From the IMG/VR virus record IMGVR_UViG_3300044641_007277, positions 1,666-65,665 of that record: 64,000 nt of DNA; one strand, written 5' to 3'. The notes under the pieces were generated by a model. It was not told where the DNA came from and did no database searches. It saw nothing but the letters and a program-made list of their open reading frames with translations. A program made the translations under genes and the position numbers. Source of the DNA: a virus. Lineage: Duplodnaviria; Caudoviricetes. Shown here one piece after another: positions 1-8,817 of the stretch. Each line of letters begins with the position of its first letter. The stretch's first letter is position 1.

Positions 1-1
1 T

Positions 2-1426
2 TTCAGAAGCAATGAACATATCAATTTCATTTTGAGGTTCTTCTGTATTTTCTGAAGGTGTATTTTCAGATTCAATATCAGAAGGCATTTCACTTGCTAA
101 AGAATCTTTAACGAATGAATAAAAACTATTAAGAATTTCTGGATTCTCATTAATAATGGTAGCAAGTTTTAAACCCTCATTATTAGTACCATCCATAAAA
201 TAATAAAGACCATCTACCATTTTTGATTTAATGAATATCTTCTTTTCAAGAGATTCAGGGCTAATTGTTTTATATTTACCAACCATAATATCATCAAGCA
301 TGATACTTATGAATGATGAAATTATTTGCTTTCTTTGAGTTCCTGAACTTACTTTATTAAAAATGGAATATAGTTTTGTTTGAATTGGAGTTTTGCCTTT
401 TACACTTTCCAATGATAAAGTTGCATTTATTGCATTTGTAGTTTCTTCAACAATTAGAGTTTTTCTATCTACATTTTCCTTATCAGAAATTTCATATCCT
501 TTTTCCACCTTTGGTTCAGAAATAGTCTTTTCTTCAGCACTCGGTTCGCTCTTTTGTTGATTTTGTTGAGGCACACCTGATAAAATTTCATCTTCCATAG
601 ATTTTGAAGCATCTATAATTTCTTCTTTTTCTTCTTGTGGAATTTCTTCTATCTCTTTTTTCCAAGAACTCAAAAGTTCTTTTCTATCATAAGGTGGATT
701 ACCAACGATTAAAACTGGACCTTCAATCCCTTCAACTGATATATCTACAATATCAACATTTTCAAATTTATTACTCTTAATGAGTTTTTTAAGAGCATTA
801 AAAGGAACTTGTATATTTTGTGAAAGACTTGATAAAAATATCATCCCTGGAGTATCAGTTGTCTTATCATAATCAAAATAAGGATACTTTACAAGAAAAC
901 GAGTCACTTGTACATAAGCATTGTCTATGTTATATTCAGGAGTTGAGATTTCTTTATCGCTTTTAAGATATGACATAAAGTCTGAAAATATAGACTCATA
1001 CATATATCTACTCGTTCTTTTCTTTCTTTTTGTACGATAACCACTATATCCAAAATCTTCTATGTAATCTGAAAATGTATTTATATTATAATCAGAAGAA
1101 GATTTAGAATAACCTTTACCAATCTTTTCTGAAGGTAATATTACTAAAACATCCCCACTCCAAACTTTAGAATTAATTTTAATAACTTTGAGATTTTCAA
1201 TATTGAGTTCTTTTATGACTTTTTTAATATACTTCTCAGTCGTAACTATAGCTTGAGCAAGTTTTTCCAAAGGACAAAGCCCAGGTAAGCCTGTATTTAC
1301 TTCATAGCCGTATTGCTTATTATTATTCAAGAATACTTGGATACGCTCCAAAGTTTTCTTGTATTCTTTTTGCTTTTTATCTTTTAAAAAATCAAAAAAA
1401 GATTCATGCACATTTGAATATCTCAT
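2..1426 (-). CDS. Large hypothetical protein, runs off the window start; internally duplicated N-terminal domain, probable virion/head protein
   Basis: Not in the ORF track. ATG at 1426 reads MRYSNVHESFFDFLKDKK... and I found no in-frame stop down to position 2. Two similar ~100-aa units, then an acidic linker. Confidence 0.8.
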   Translation of the reverse strand, partial: MRYSNVHESFFDFLKDKKQKEYKKTLERIQVFLNNNKQYGYEVNTGLPGLCPLEKLAQAIVTTEKYIKKVIKELNIENLKVIKINSKVWSGDVLVILPSEKIGKGYSKSSSDYNINTFSDYIEDFGYSGYRTKRKKRTSRYMYESIFSDFMSYLKSDKEISTPEYNIDNAYVQVTRFLVKYPYFDYDKTTDTPGMIFLSSLSQNIQVPFNALKKLIKSNKFENVDIVDISVEGIEGPVLIVGNPPYDRKELLSSWKKEIEEIPQEEKEEIIDASKSMEDEILSGVPQQNQQKSEPSAEEKTISEPKVEKGYEISDKENVDRKTLIVEETTNAINATLSLESVKGKTPIQTKLYSIFNKVSSGTQRKQIISSFISIMLDDIMVGKYKTISPESLEKKIFIKSKMVDGLYYFMDGTNNEGLKLATIINENPEILNSFYSFVKDSLASEMPSDIESENTPSENTEEPQNEIDMFIASE

Positions 1427-1435
1427 AGTATAAAA

Positions 1436-1900
1436 TTATATTTCTTCGTGGCTGATTACAGCAAATTTAGATTCTCCAACTTCTTCAATAGGCATATTCT
1501 CTTCGCTACTGATATAACGAATTGAACCATCTTGAAGAGTATATTTTCCAGCAGGAAACGAGTTATTGAGATTGTTTTTAGTTGTATAACGAATAAGCAA
1601 TTCAATTTCTTTTGCATTCTGTTTCCCTACAAGATTTGAAACAACAAGATTAATCTGTGCGTATTCAATAGCAGGACCAAATATACCCAATGCACCCCCT
1701 GATAAAGGATTAGATGTAAAAGTTTGACTATCACCATAATCTCTGTGAAGTGAAAGAATTTCTACTTTAACTTTGTATGGTTTCAATACAACACTATTAA
1801 TATGCTTTTTAATAGTCTCTAAATCTTCTTTCAAAGGTTCACCAGCAATAACTTTTGCTTCATTGACCTTGTTCTTCTTGTATTCTTCAAAAATTCTCAT
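1436..1900 (-). CDS. Hypothetical protein with capsid-targeting-like N-terminus (possible internal head protein)
   Basis: 154 aa; starts MRIFEEYKKNKVNEA; GATATATA 27 nt upstream. Confidence 0.7.
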   Translation of the reverse strand: MRIFEEYKKNKVNEAKVIAGEPLKEDLETIKKHINSVVLKPYKVKVEILSLHRDYGDSQTFTSNPLSGGALGIFGPAIEYAQINLVVSNLVGKQNAKEIELLIRYTTKNNLNNSFPAGKYTLQDGSIRYISSEENMPIEEVGESKFAVISHEEI

Positions 1901-1926
1901 AAAATTGGTCTAATTTTTAGATACCG

Positions 1927-1934
1927 TATATATC
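1927..1934 (-). promoter_or_regulatory. Putative late promoter GATATATA
   Basis: Exact copy of the recurring upstream 8-mer, directly after the portal terminator. Confidence 0.7.
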
Positions 1935-1961
1935 AAAAAAACCTCAGAGTTTTCTGAGGTT
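1935..1961 (-). terminator. Intrinsic terminator after portal gene
   Basis: AACCTCAGA-gttt-TCTGAGGTT stem-loop followed by a T-run on the minus strand. Confidence 0.8.
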
Positions 1962-1968
1962 ATTTTGT

Positions 1969-3600
1969 TTATACAGCAGGCTCTTCAGTTGCTGCTCCTG
2001 TTTCAACATCTTCATCACCTGGTTTATCACCAGCTTTCTTTTCTTTCTCTCTTATCATTGCTTTATTTTCTTGCAATTCATCACGAGTAAGATTCATAAA
2101 GTTTTCCATAGCAAAATCTAAATCGAAATAAGCATCATCTTTTGTCTTCGGAATATTAAGAAGTTCGTTGATAGCAGAAACACGTTTTTGCATAGTTTCA
2201 ACCTTTCTTTGAGTATCAAAACTATTATCTCTATTAAATTTTATACCTACACTTGATCTAAAAAGATGATCTCCTTGAAATTCAGGATATTTCAACAATA
2301 GTTGTAAAACCAATGGTTTAAGCATTATTTCTTGAAAACCTGAACGAAGTCTATTTACAAAATTAAAAAATCTAATTTCGTCTCTTTGGATACCTTCAGC
2401 ACTTGAACTGAAAGTACCTCCTCCACCCTCTCCAAAACGACCCAATGGGATTTTAGAAGCTCTACGGAGTTTTAATTCAAAGTATTTCAAGAAATCAGGA
2501 TTAGATAAATCCACTCCCTGTCCACCAATTACCTCAACATTAGGTGAATTTCCATCCTTTGATGGAAACATAAAATGCTTAAAGAATGGAATAGATGGTC
2601 TTCCGTTAATGCTCAATGTTCCATCAGCATCATTGAAAAATATTTCTTCTTTATAGTTATTAAGAATTTCAGAAAGTTCTTGTTTTGCTTTTTGAGGTGA
2701 ATTACTTCCGATTGGTATGGTCATTTTCAAGCGAAATTGAGCATACATAATATGCCACATGACTTTTGAGTTCTCTATGAGTCTGAGCAAGTTTAATGGT
2801 CTTACAAGACGCTCAACATAACTTACTCTGTCCATTTGCATATTTTGAGCATATGCAATGTAAATGACAGATGAATCATAAATAACTCTTTCTACATCAT
2901 TTCCGATTTTTTGAATCCATACAATATATTCTTCACCATCTTCACCGACAATAGTTGATAATTGCAAAGTAGCTGGATCTAATTTATTTAACGCAATTAC
3001 TTCTTCACCTTCTTCATCAGTTACAATTTCAAATGCTAAAAATCCATCTACAAGATATTGTCTAAATAGATTCCATGCTTTTGTATTATTGTTAAATCCA
3101 AATTTAACATACAATTTTCTAAATTCTTCATGAATTGTATTTACAATTTCTTCTTTCTTTTCGTCACTTAAAAAAGATTCTAATCCCTTTGTATCTGGAT
3201 AACAAAACCAATTCTTATCATCATAAACAATAGCTTCATCTGAAATTGTATCTAATATCTCTACAACCTCATCATTCAAAGAAAATGAACGCAAGAAATC
3301 ACGTTTAGTAATATAATTAGAATCATATATAGCAAGTGCTTTTAGACCACCAATATCTTGAATAGCCATAGCAGAAAGAAGTCTTTGATCCCATTGAGCC
3401 GTTGAATATCCACCATATACTGAATGACCTATTGCTCCAGAACCACCTTGATTGGTTTCGGTTTCACCAGCACCTTGTCTACGCTGAATGATTAAATCAT
3501 CATAATACATCCCAAAAGAAGACAATTTTCTCACATTGTCTGCTGGTCCTGATGTAAAACCATAAGTTTTAGCACCGTCTTTAGAAATAAATCCTGCCAT
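1969..3600 (-). CDS. gp20: Portal protein (T4 gp20-like)
   Basis: 543 aa; SYVERLVRPLNLLRLIENS, IGSNSPQKAKQEL and RDEIRFFNFVNRLRSGFQEIMLKPL mirror conserved gp20 segments. Confidence 0.93.
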   Translation of the reverse strand: MAGFISKDGAKTYGFTSGPADNVRKLSSFGMYYDDLIIQRRQGAGETETNQGGSGAIGHSVYGGYSTAQWDQRLLSAMAIQDIGGLKALAIYDSNYITKRDFLRSFSLNDEVVEILDTISDEAIVYDDKNWFCYPDTKGLESFLSDEKKEEIVNTIHEEFRKLYVKFGFNNNTKAWNLFRQYLVDGFLAFEIVTDEEGEEVIALNKLDPATLQLSTIVGEDGEEYIVWIQKIGNDVERVIYDSSVIYIAYAQNMQMDRVSYVERLVRPLNLLRLIENSKVMWHIMYAQFRLKMTIPIGSNSPQKAKQELSEILNNYKEEIFFNDADGTLSINGRPSIPFFKHFMFPSKDGNSPNVEVIGGQGVDLSNPDFLKYFELKLRRASKIPLGRFGEGGGGTFSSSAEGIQRDEIRFFNFVNRLRSGFQEIMLKPLVLQLLLKYPEFQGDHLFRSSVGIKFNRDNSFDTQRKVETMQKRVSAINELLNIPKTKDDAYFDLDFAMENFMNLTRDELQENKAMIREKEKKAGDKPGDEDVETGAATEEPAV

Positions 3601-3618
3601 ATTTTTTCCGTTAAATTA

Positions 3619-4230
3619 TCATAATGATTGAATTTGCGAAAGACTTTTATCACCTATAACACCGAAAGGTACTAAAAGTGGTAGCCATTTCCAGTCTTCG
3701 TAATCTATGGGAACAACACTCGTTATTCTTAGTTTAGACCAAACATAAGTTTCTCTTGTCTTACTTACATTTAATCCCATATTTCCTATATATCCCTTAA
3801 CAAAATCATTCAACCCATCCATTGACATTTGGGTGTAATCAGAATTTTCTAATCTTTTGTGGTTTTCATCAATATAGCGTTGAAAGAAGTGTGCAATGGC
3901 ATCTATAAACATTGCTCTTTGTGATGAATTCCAATAATTAAGATTTAGTCCAAAAAGCATTTGATCTACATTCTTATATGGAACTGCCTCTAAATGAAAA
4001 ACAATAGGATAAACATCGTAATATCCTTTTTTAGGAACAGTTTTATTGTCATTTATGGCAAAATATATCTTACCTTTAGGAATTGAACTTGCTTGTGTAT
4101 AAACTCTATCTTTAGTAGGACGAGACTTCGTAAAGTATTTCTGACGAAACCACTCCTGTAATTCTTCGCCTAATTCCTTTCGAGCTTCAATTAATCCACC
4201 TTTAAGTGTATTTATTGCTTCTATCTTCAT
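3619..4230 (-). CDS. gp2: DNA end protector protein (T4 gp2-like)
   Basis: GKIYF...YYDVYPIVF...LFGLNLNY...R motif pattern as in gp2; near gp4 and portal. Confidence 0.8.
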   Translation of the reverse strand: MKIEAINTLKGGLIEARKELGEELQEWFRQKYFTKSRPTKDRVYTQASSIPKGKIYFAINDNKTVPKKGYYDVYPIVFHLEAVPYKNVDQMLFGLNLNYWNSSQRAMFIDAIAHFFQRYIDENHKRLENSDYTQMSMDGLNDFVKGYIGNMGLNVSKTRETYVWSKLRITSVVPIDYEDWKWLPLLVPFGVIGDKSLSQIQSL

Positions 4231-4243
4231 TTAACTTTACAAT

Positions 4244-5014
4244 TTATTGTTTTAATGGATTAAATCCAAATGGAGAATCAACTAATTCATACTCATACCC
4301 ATGAACACAATCTTTTCCTAAAAATGGTCTTGAAAAATGGTCTTCAATCAAATCTTCCCATTTTCTTTCATTTTTATGACCCCAACCTCCGACCTTCTTT
4401 AATAAATCAGACTTTTTCCTAACCCAAGAAAAATGGTGAATATAATACTTATTACGATATCCTGCCTTATAAAATCCATCCATCTTATCTATTATCGCAT
4501 GACCACCTCTATCATATTTAGTAAAGACATTTCTTTTATTAAGAATATCCCTTTTAACATAAATATGAGCATGCTCTAATGTTTTACTTCTGTATTTGAA
4601 GTCTCTGAAATACCAATACATACCAAAGGCGTATGTTTTATATTTTTGCCAAAAACCATCTTCATTTTCTAAATATGACTGCAAAAATAAATCAGAATCT
4701 ATGATTTCATCTGAATCAAGTTGCATAATATAGTCGGTTTTACACTTTTGTATTCCTATCCATCGAGAATAACAATTCCAATAAAAATCAAAAGGAACAT
4801 CTTTAACCCACTGATATTCAAGAATTTCTATATTTTTGTATTGTGAACAAAAAGACTTCAATTCATCAATACTTTGTTTATCTTCAGGTTCACCTGTGTA
4901 TAAATGACTGGAAACTGAAATAAAAATGTTATTTGCAAACTTTAAGCATTGTTCAATATTCTTTTGAATAAACAATTTATCTAAAGTGCAATAAGGAATA
5001 ACTACATCAATCAT
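4244..5014 (-). CDS. GT-A fold (GT2-like) glycosyltransferase
   Basis: N-terminal IDVVIPY, DYIMQLDSDE (DxD), C-terminal HHFSWVR...KKV..WGH. Confidence 0.75.
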   Translation of the reverse strand: MIDVVIPYCTLDKLFIQKNIEQCLKFANNIFISVSSHLYTGEPEDKQSIDELKSFCSQYKNIEILEYQWVKDVPFDFYWNCYSRWIGIQKCKTDYIMQLDSDEIIDSDLFLQSYLENEDGFWQKYKTYAFGMYWYFRDFKYRSKTLEHAHIYVKRDILNKRNVFTKYDRGGHAIIDKMDGFYKAGYRNKYYIHHFSWVRKKSDLLKKVGGWGHKNERKWEDLIEDHFSRPFLGKDCVHGYEYELVDSPFGFNPLKQ

Positions 5015-5019
5015 TATTA

Positions 5020-5514
5020 TTATCTCTTAAATGGCCAATTTTCTTCGGTTAATACAACATATTTCATATTTCTGTCAAGAGCCCATTTCATAGCAGCAAT
5101 TTGTTTAGCTTTATTGACATGATACATTTTAGTTAGTTCTGCATGACGAAGGAGTTTCTTTTCAGTTACTCTACCTTCCAAAACAGGTTCTCTGCTAATT
5201 TGATTACTAGGTTTTATTTCTACAATATAACGATTTATTTTGTTATCATTATCCAAAACCTCTATAAAAAAATCTACATTATAGATATGTTCTCTATGGT
5301 CTATTGGTGAAATATATTTGATTTTAACTGGCTCTGAACCCCATCTAGTTATTTGGGGAGTTAAATCACAAAGAATCATAAATTTACGCTCCCATGATGA
5401 ACGAAATATAACAACTCTCGGATCACCTGCATATTTTTCAGGATTATTAACCTTGTAATATCCCTGAACGAATGGTCCGTTTGAATTAGGTTTAAGTTTC
5501 TTTATATCTTTCAT
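5020..5514 (-). CDS. gp4: Head completion nuclease (T4 gp4-like, TnsA-type PD-(D/E)xK)
   Basis: NPEKYAGD, RSSWERKFM..CD, WGSE, Y.VDF, VEIKP, NKAK..AA, VLTE motifs. Confidence 0.9.
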   Translation of the reverse strand: MKDIKKLKPNSNGPFVQGYYKVNNPEKYAGDPRVVIFRSSWERKFMILCDLTPQITRWGSEPVKIKYISPIDHREHIYNVDFFIEVLDNDNKINRYIVEIKPSNQISREPVLEGRVTEKKLLRHAELTKMYHVNKAKQIAAMKWALDRNMKYVVLTEENWPFKR

Positions 5515-5535
5515 ATATTACTCTTTTCTATTTTA

Positions 5536-5543
5536 GATATATA
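5536..5543 (+). promoter_or_regulatory. Putative late promoter GATATATA
   Basis: 34 nt upstream of the 5577 ORF in a divergent intergenic region. Confidence 0.65.
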
Positions 5544-5576
5544 TTTACATTATGTTCAACAATTTTTTTAAGTTTT

Positions 5577-5954
5577 ATGGCAAATAATAAATTTCTTAGT
5601 GATGCTAAAAACGCATTTAAACAAATACAAAAAGAACTTATCAGTAAAGAAGAAGAAGAGGTAATGCAGAAAATCGCAGATAGATTAAACATTTCTTATG
5701 AAAGTGATAAATTAGAAGAAGAAAAAGCCAAAAAGAAGAAAATAAAACGATCCATTACCCTTGACGAAGAATCTTTAACCTTTGCAAATCAAACTCAACT
5801 ATTAAGAGCTATTCTATCAAATGATATGGCAAAAAGAGAAGGTTTGACAGAATTTATAAAAAATCTCATAAAAGAAGAATGGAAAAGACTATTCACAACT
5901 TATGAGAACATAAGAAAAGATATTGAAAACGAGGAAAAAAACAATTTGCAATAG
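5577..5954 (+). CDS. Hypothetical protein (charged; possible ribbon-helix-helix-like C-terminal half)
   Basis: 125 aa ORF with upstream motif; KRSITLDEES followed by predicted helices. Confidence 0.65.
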   Translation: MANNKFLSDAKNAFKQIQKELISKEEEEVMQKIADRLNISYESDKLEEEKAKKKKIKRSITLDEESLTFANQTQLLRAILSNDMAKREGLTEFIKNLIKEEWKRLFTTYENIRKDIENEEKNNLQ

Positions 5955-5961
5955 ATTATTT

Positions 5962-5969
5962 GATATATA
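5962..5969 (+). promoter_or_regulatory. Putative late promoter GATATATA
   Basis: 28 nt upstream of the 5997 ORF. Confidence 0.65.
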
Positions 5970-5996
5970 GAAATAGTAACTAAAATATATTTTTCT

Positions 5997-6188
5997 ATGA
6001 AAACATTTACACAAACAACTGAACAATTTCGCAAACGTATCTATGAACAAGATGCAGATGCAGCAAGAGAACAAGCTGTTAAAAACTATTTGACCAAACT
6101 TTATGAGTTCAATATTAATTCTATTACTGAACTTAATGAAGAAGAATTGGTTCAATTCATTCATAGTCTTAAATCTTTAGAGGGATAA
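5997..6188 (+). CDS. Small hypothetical protein, capsid-targeting-like N-terminus
   Basis: 63 aa; MKTFTQ...IYE; own GATATATA. Confidence 0.65.
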   Translation: MKTFTQTTEQFRKRIYEQDADAAREQAVKNYLTKLYEFNINSITELNEEELVQFIHSLKSLEG

Positions 6189-6189
6189 T

Positions 6190-6519
6190 ATGCTAAAATT
6201 TTTTCGGCAATTATTTAAGAGAAAGCCGAAACAATCCAAGACTATTGAGATAGTCGAAGTTTCAGAAGATAATGGTAGAAATATCCATAATTTCAACGGA
6301 TTTTCTGATTCTAATTATTGCACGATTTTAGGAGCAGTTGATTCAAATATCCATAGAGGATATGATATGCTCAAAATTGTTTGGAAAAGCCCATCAAAGA
6401 TAAAAATCGGTGATTTAATAATTTTATCTAAAAATGGTGAAAGAAAAACTATGAGACTTTTAGAAGTTTTGAGTGAAACAAACGAAGAAAAAATCGGAAT
6501 TGCCTCTGCCTTGAAATAG
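6190..6519 (+). CDS. Hypothetical protein
   Basis: 109 aa, abuts the upstream ORF and ends at a terminator. Confidence 0.65.
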   Translation: MLKFFRQLFKRKPKQSKTIEIVEVSEDNGRNIHNFNGFSDSNYCTILGAVDSNIHRGYDMLKIVWKSPSKIKIGDLIILSKNGERKTMRLLEVLSETNEEKIGIASALK

Positions 6520-6547
6520 AAAAGCCCATCAAAAGATGGGCTTTTTT
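6520..6547. terminator. Bidirectional intrinsic terminator
   Basis: AAAAGCCCATC-aaaa-GATGGGCTTTT between convergent genes. Confidence 0.85.
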
Positions 6548-6567
6548 ATTGCGCTTATATTCAAAGA

Positions 6568-7314
6568 TTAACTGATTGTAGCACCAAGAACATTTGTCAA
6601 AATCCAAGCAGTGCCTGTCCAACGAAGTTGAACTGATTGATAATCATATGGGGAATTACTGAAATGAACTGTTTGCGTTGTTAGATTTGCAATATTAACA
6701 TTATCCATAAACACATTAGAAACAACACCTGTCTTTACAATAATTTCCAATGTTTGACCAGTCGTATTACCAACAGGAAGTTCAAATGATACTACATCTT
6801 TAGTAGTTCCGTTGTAAGTTGTAAAGTCAAGTAAAATTGAATGAACGCCAACAACTGCAAGTGTTGCTTGTGTTCCACTTACGGTACTAAAGGATGCAGG
6901 ATCAGCAGCTTCAATAAAAGAATTTCCAAAGTCTTTACAAACAATCTCACCATCAAGAACGAGTTTACCACTAATATCAAGTTTGTTAGAAGCATTACTT
7001 AAAAGTACATCACCACCTGTTACTGTAATACCTGTTGAAGCAGAAATAGAAGTTGAACTCAAACCGCTTGTTCCACTGATAGAGAGATTCCCTCCAAATA
7101 CACCCGATGCTTCACATGTGAAGAGGGTTGTAGAAGTAGGATTTGAACCTCTTTCAATATATTCAGATGTGGATGTGATAGCACCTGTTGATGAATTCAA
7201 ATATCCCTCAAGAGCATCAATAGATGTCTTTACAGCAGTAAAGTTATTATTAATAATTGTTCTTGAAGCTGAAAACGAATTCGTTGCCAAAATTGTTTGT
7301 AATGTAATTGCCAT
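6568..7314 (-). CDS. Probable virion structural/fibre protein
   Basis: 248 aa Ser/Thr/Gly-rich; N-terminal SRTIINNNF and C-terminal SVQLRWTGTAW patterns typical of fibre proteins; GATATATA at 7343-7350. Confidence 0.65.
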   Translation of the reverse strand: MAITLQTILATNSFSASRTIINNNFTAVKTSIDALEGYLNSSTGAITSTSEYIERGSNPTSTTLFTCEASGVFGGNLSISGTSGLSSTSISASTGITVTGGDVLLSNASNKLDISGKLVLDGEIVCKDFGNSFIEAADPASFSTVSGTQATLAVVGVHSILLDFTTYNGTTKDVVSFELPVGNTTGQTLEIIVKTGVVSNVFMDNVNIANLTTQTVHFSNSPYDYQSVQLRWTGTAWILTNVLGATIS

Positions 7315-7342
7315 GATATTTCAGTATTTTATTATTTTATTC

Positions 7343-7350
7343 TATATATC
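7343..7350 (-). promoter_or_regulatory. Putative late promoter GATATATA
   Basis: 29 nt upstream of the 7314 start. Confidence 0.7.
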
Positions 7351-7366
7351 TATTTTATAAAAAGAT

Positions 7367-8023
7367 TTAATTTTTACTATAGAGAAACCATGTATTTTCG
7401 GTATCTAAATTATTTTCTTCTATATTTTCATATTCCCAATCTTCACCTAGCCATTCCATTTGACCTATTATTACAGCACTAAAAGTTTTATCATTAATAA
7501 GTTGTATCGGCTGAAATTCAATCAATTTAAAGGGATTATCTTCAGAATAAAGCAACACTTTTGAAAAATTAAACTCTGTTTTTTCTAATTTATTTTCCAA
7601 AGTTATAATCCAATTATTTTCCTCATCATCCTTTTTAATAAATGCTCTACTTGCAGGGTTTTTGGTAAAAGCATTAGATTCTGAATCATGAGTATCTTTT
7701 AAGTCTCCTTTCATATCTTCAAGCAGACATTTGAAAAGAACAAGATAAATAATAGCATCATTGATTCTTTCTTCAATTGGTTCTGATGTTGTAGAAGGCA
7801 TTGAAGGATTTTTACCTATTGCCCCTAAAATTGACATCGCTTGTTTTCCGAAATAAACACCCCATTTTTGAAAAGGTGTAAGACCCAATGCTTCTGCATC
7901 CTGACTTTTAAAGTTTGAAAGAGCATCGGAATTAGTAGCATAATCTTTGGCTTTTCCATATTGAAGTTCTAAACAAGATTCAAAAAGTTCTTTAAATACT
8001 TCATTTTTTCTGTCGTGTGTCAT
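7367..8023 (-). CDS. All-alpha NTP pyrophosphohydrolase-like (DUF1599/nucleotide-modification-associated) domain plus unknown C-terminal domain
   Basis: K.KDYA...ALSNF and SEPIEERINDAIIYLVL motifs in the first ~105 aa. Confidence 0.6.
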   Translation of the reverse strand: MTHDRKNEVFKELFESCLELQYGKAKDYATNSDALSNFKSQDAEALGLTPFQKWGVYFGKQAMSILGAIGKNPSMPSTTSEPIEERINDAIIYLVLFKCLLEDMKGDLKDTHDSESNAFTKNPASRAFIKKDDEENNWIITLENKLEKTEFNFSKVLLYSEDNPFKLIEFQPIQLINDKTFSAVIIGQMEWLGEDWEYENIEENNLDTENTWFLYSKN

Positions 8024-8072
8024 AAATCTTTAAACAAAAAGTGGATATATCTTTATTGTAATTTACGAAATT

Positions 8073-8375
8073 TTAATTAAAATCTCTCCATTTTTTTGAA
8101 AGAGCAAAATTATTATGCCTTTTTATACTCTTTACTGAATCAATGATGTAATTCATTAACACTTCCATCAAACTAATAAGAGCCACTCTTTTAGGTTCAC
8201 TTAATATAGAAGCACTAATAGACCTTAGAAATACATTATTTCTATAATCATAACCTATATTCTTTATATCATTCTTTCTTGAAAGAGCATAATCTTTGTA
8301 TGTAGGTCTAATATCACCATCAGTAATATCTAAATACTTTTCCCAGAACTCGTTATTTGAAATTTCATCTTTCAT
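8073..8375 (-). CDS. Hypothetical protein
   Basis: 100 aa; GATATATA at 8399-8406. Confidence 0.7.
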   Translation of the reverse strand: MKDEISNNEFWEKYLDITDGDIRPTYKDYALSRKNDIKNIGYDYRNNVFLRSISASILSEPKRVALISLMEVLMNYIIDSVKSIKRHNNFALSKKWRDFN

Positions 8376-8408
8376 AGAAATAGATTATTTTACTGATGTA
8401 TATATCTT

Positions 8409-8807
8409 TTATTCCTCTTCATCCAAAGAATCTTTGATATTAATATCTGCTAAATTCTCAATACCATCCTTTTCATCTTCATTTGTTATTTCAATTTCAA
8501 TAGGAGGAACATGAGATATGATATTTTTACAAATAAATTCATATAACTCAAAAGGTATTCTGGCTTCCTGTAATGCTTTTGGCTGACCATTTTCATCTAT
8601 ATTATCTTTACCTAACAATCCTTCCAATTCTTCTCTATAATTGGCAGAAATTTGATACAATATAGTACGCATAGCAGTTTGTTTTAGCATATCCTCAATG
8701 TCTTCAGGTAATATGCCATCTTCAATATTAATACTATTGAGTTTTTCATCATCAAGTTGCATCCATACACTTGATGGTACATTATTTAGTTCTTCAGTAT
8801 TTTCCAT
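8409..8807 (-). CDS. Acidic hypothetical protein
   Basis: 132 aa in a tightly packed operon; ends DSLDEEE. Confidence 0.7.
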   Translation of the reverse strand: MENTEELNNVPSSVWMQLDDEKLNSINIEDGILPEDIEDMLKQTAMRTILYQISANYREELEGLLGKDNIDENGQPKALQEARIPFELYEFICKNIISHVPPIEIEITNEDEKDGIENLADINIKDSLDEEE

Positions 8808-8817
8808 ATTTTTTCAA

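Noticed and set aside
5020-5514. Tn7 TnsA transposase
   Set aside because: No tnsB/tnsC or transposon ends; motifs and gp2/portal context fit gp4.
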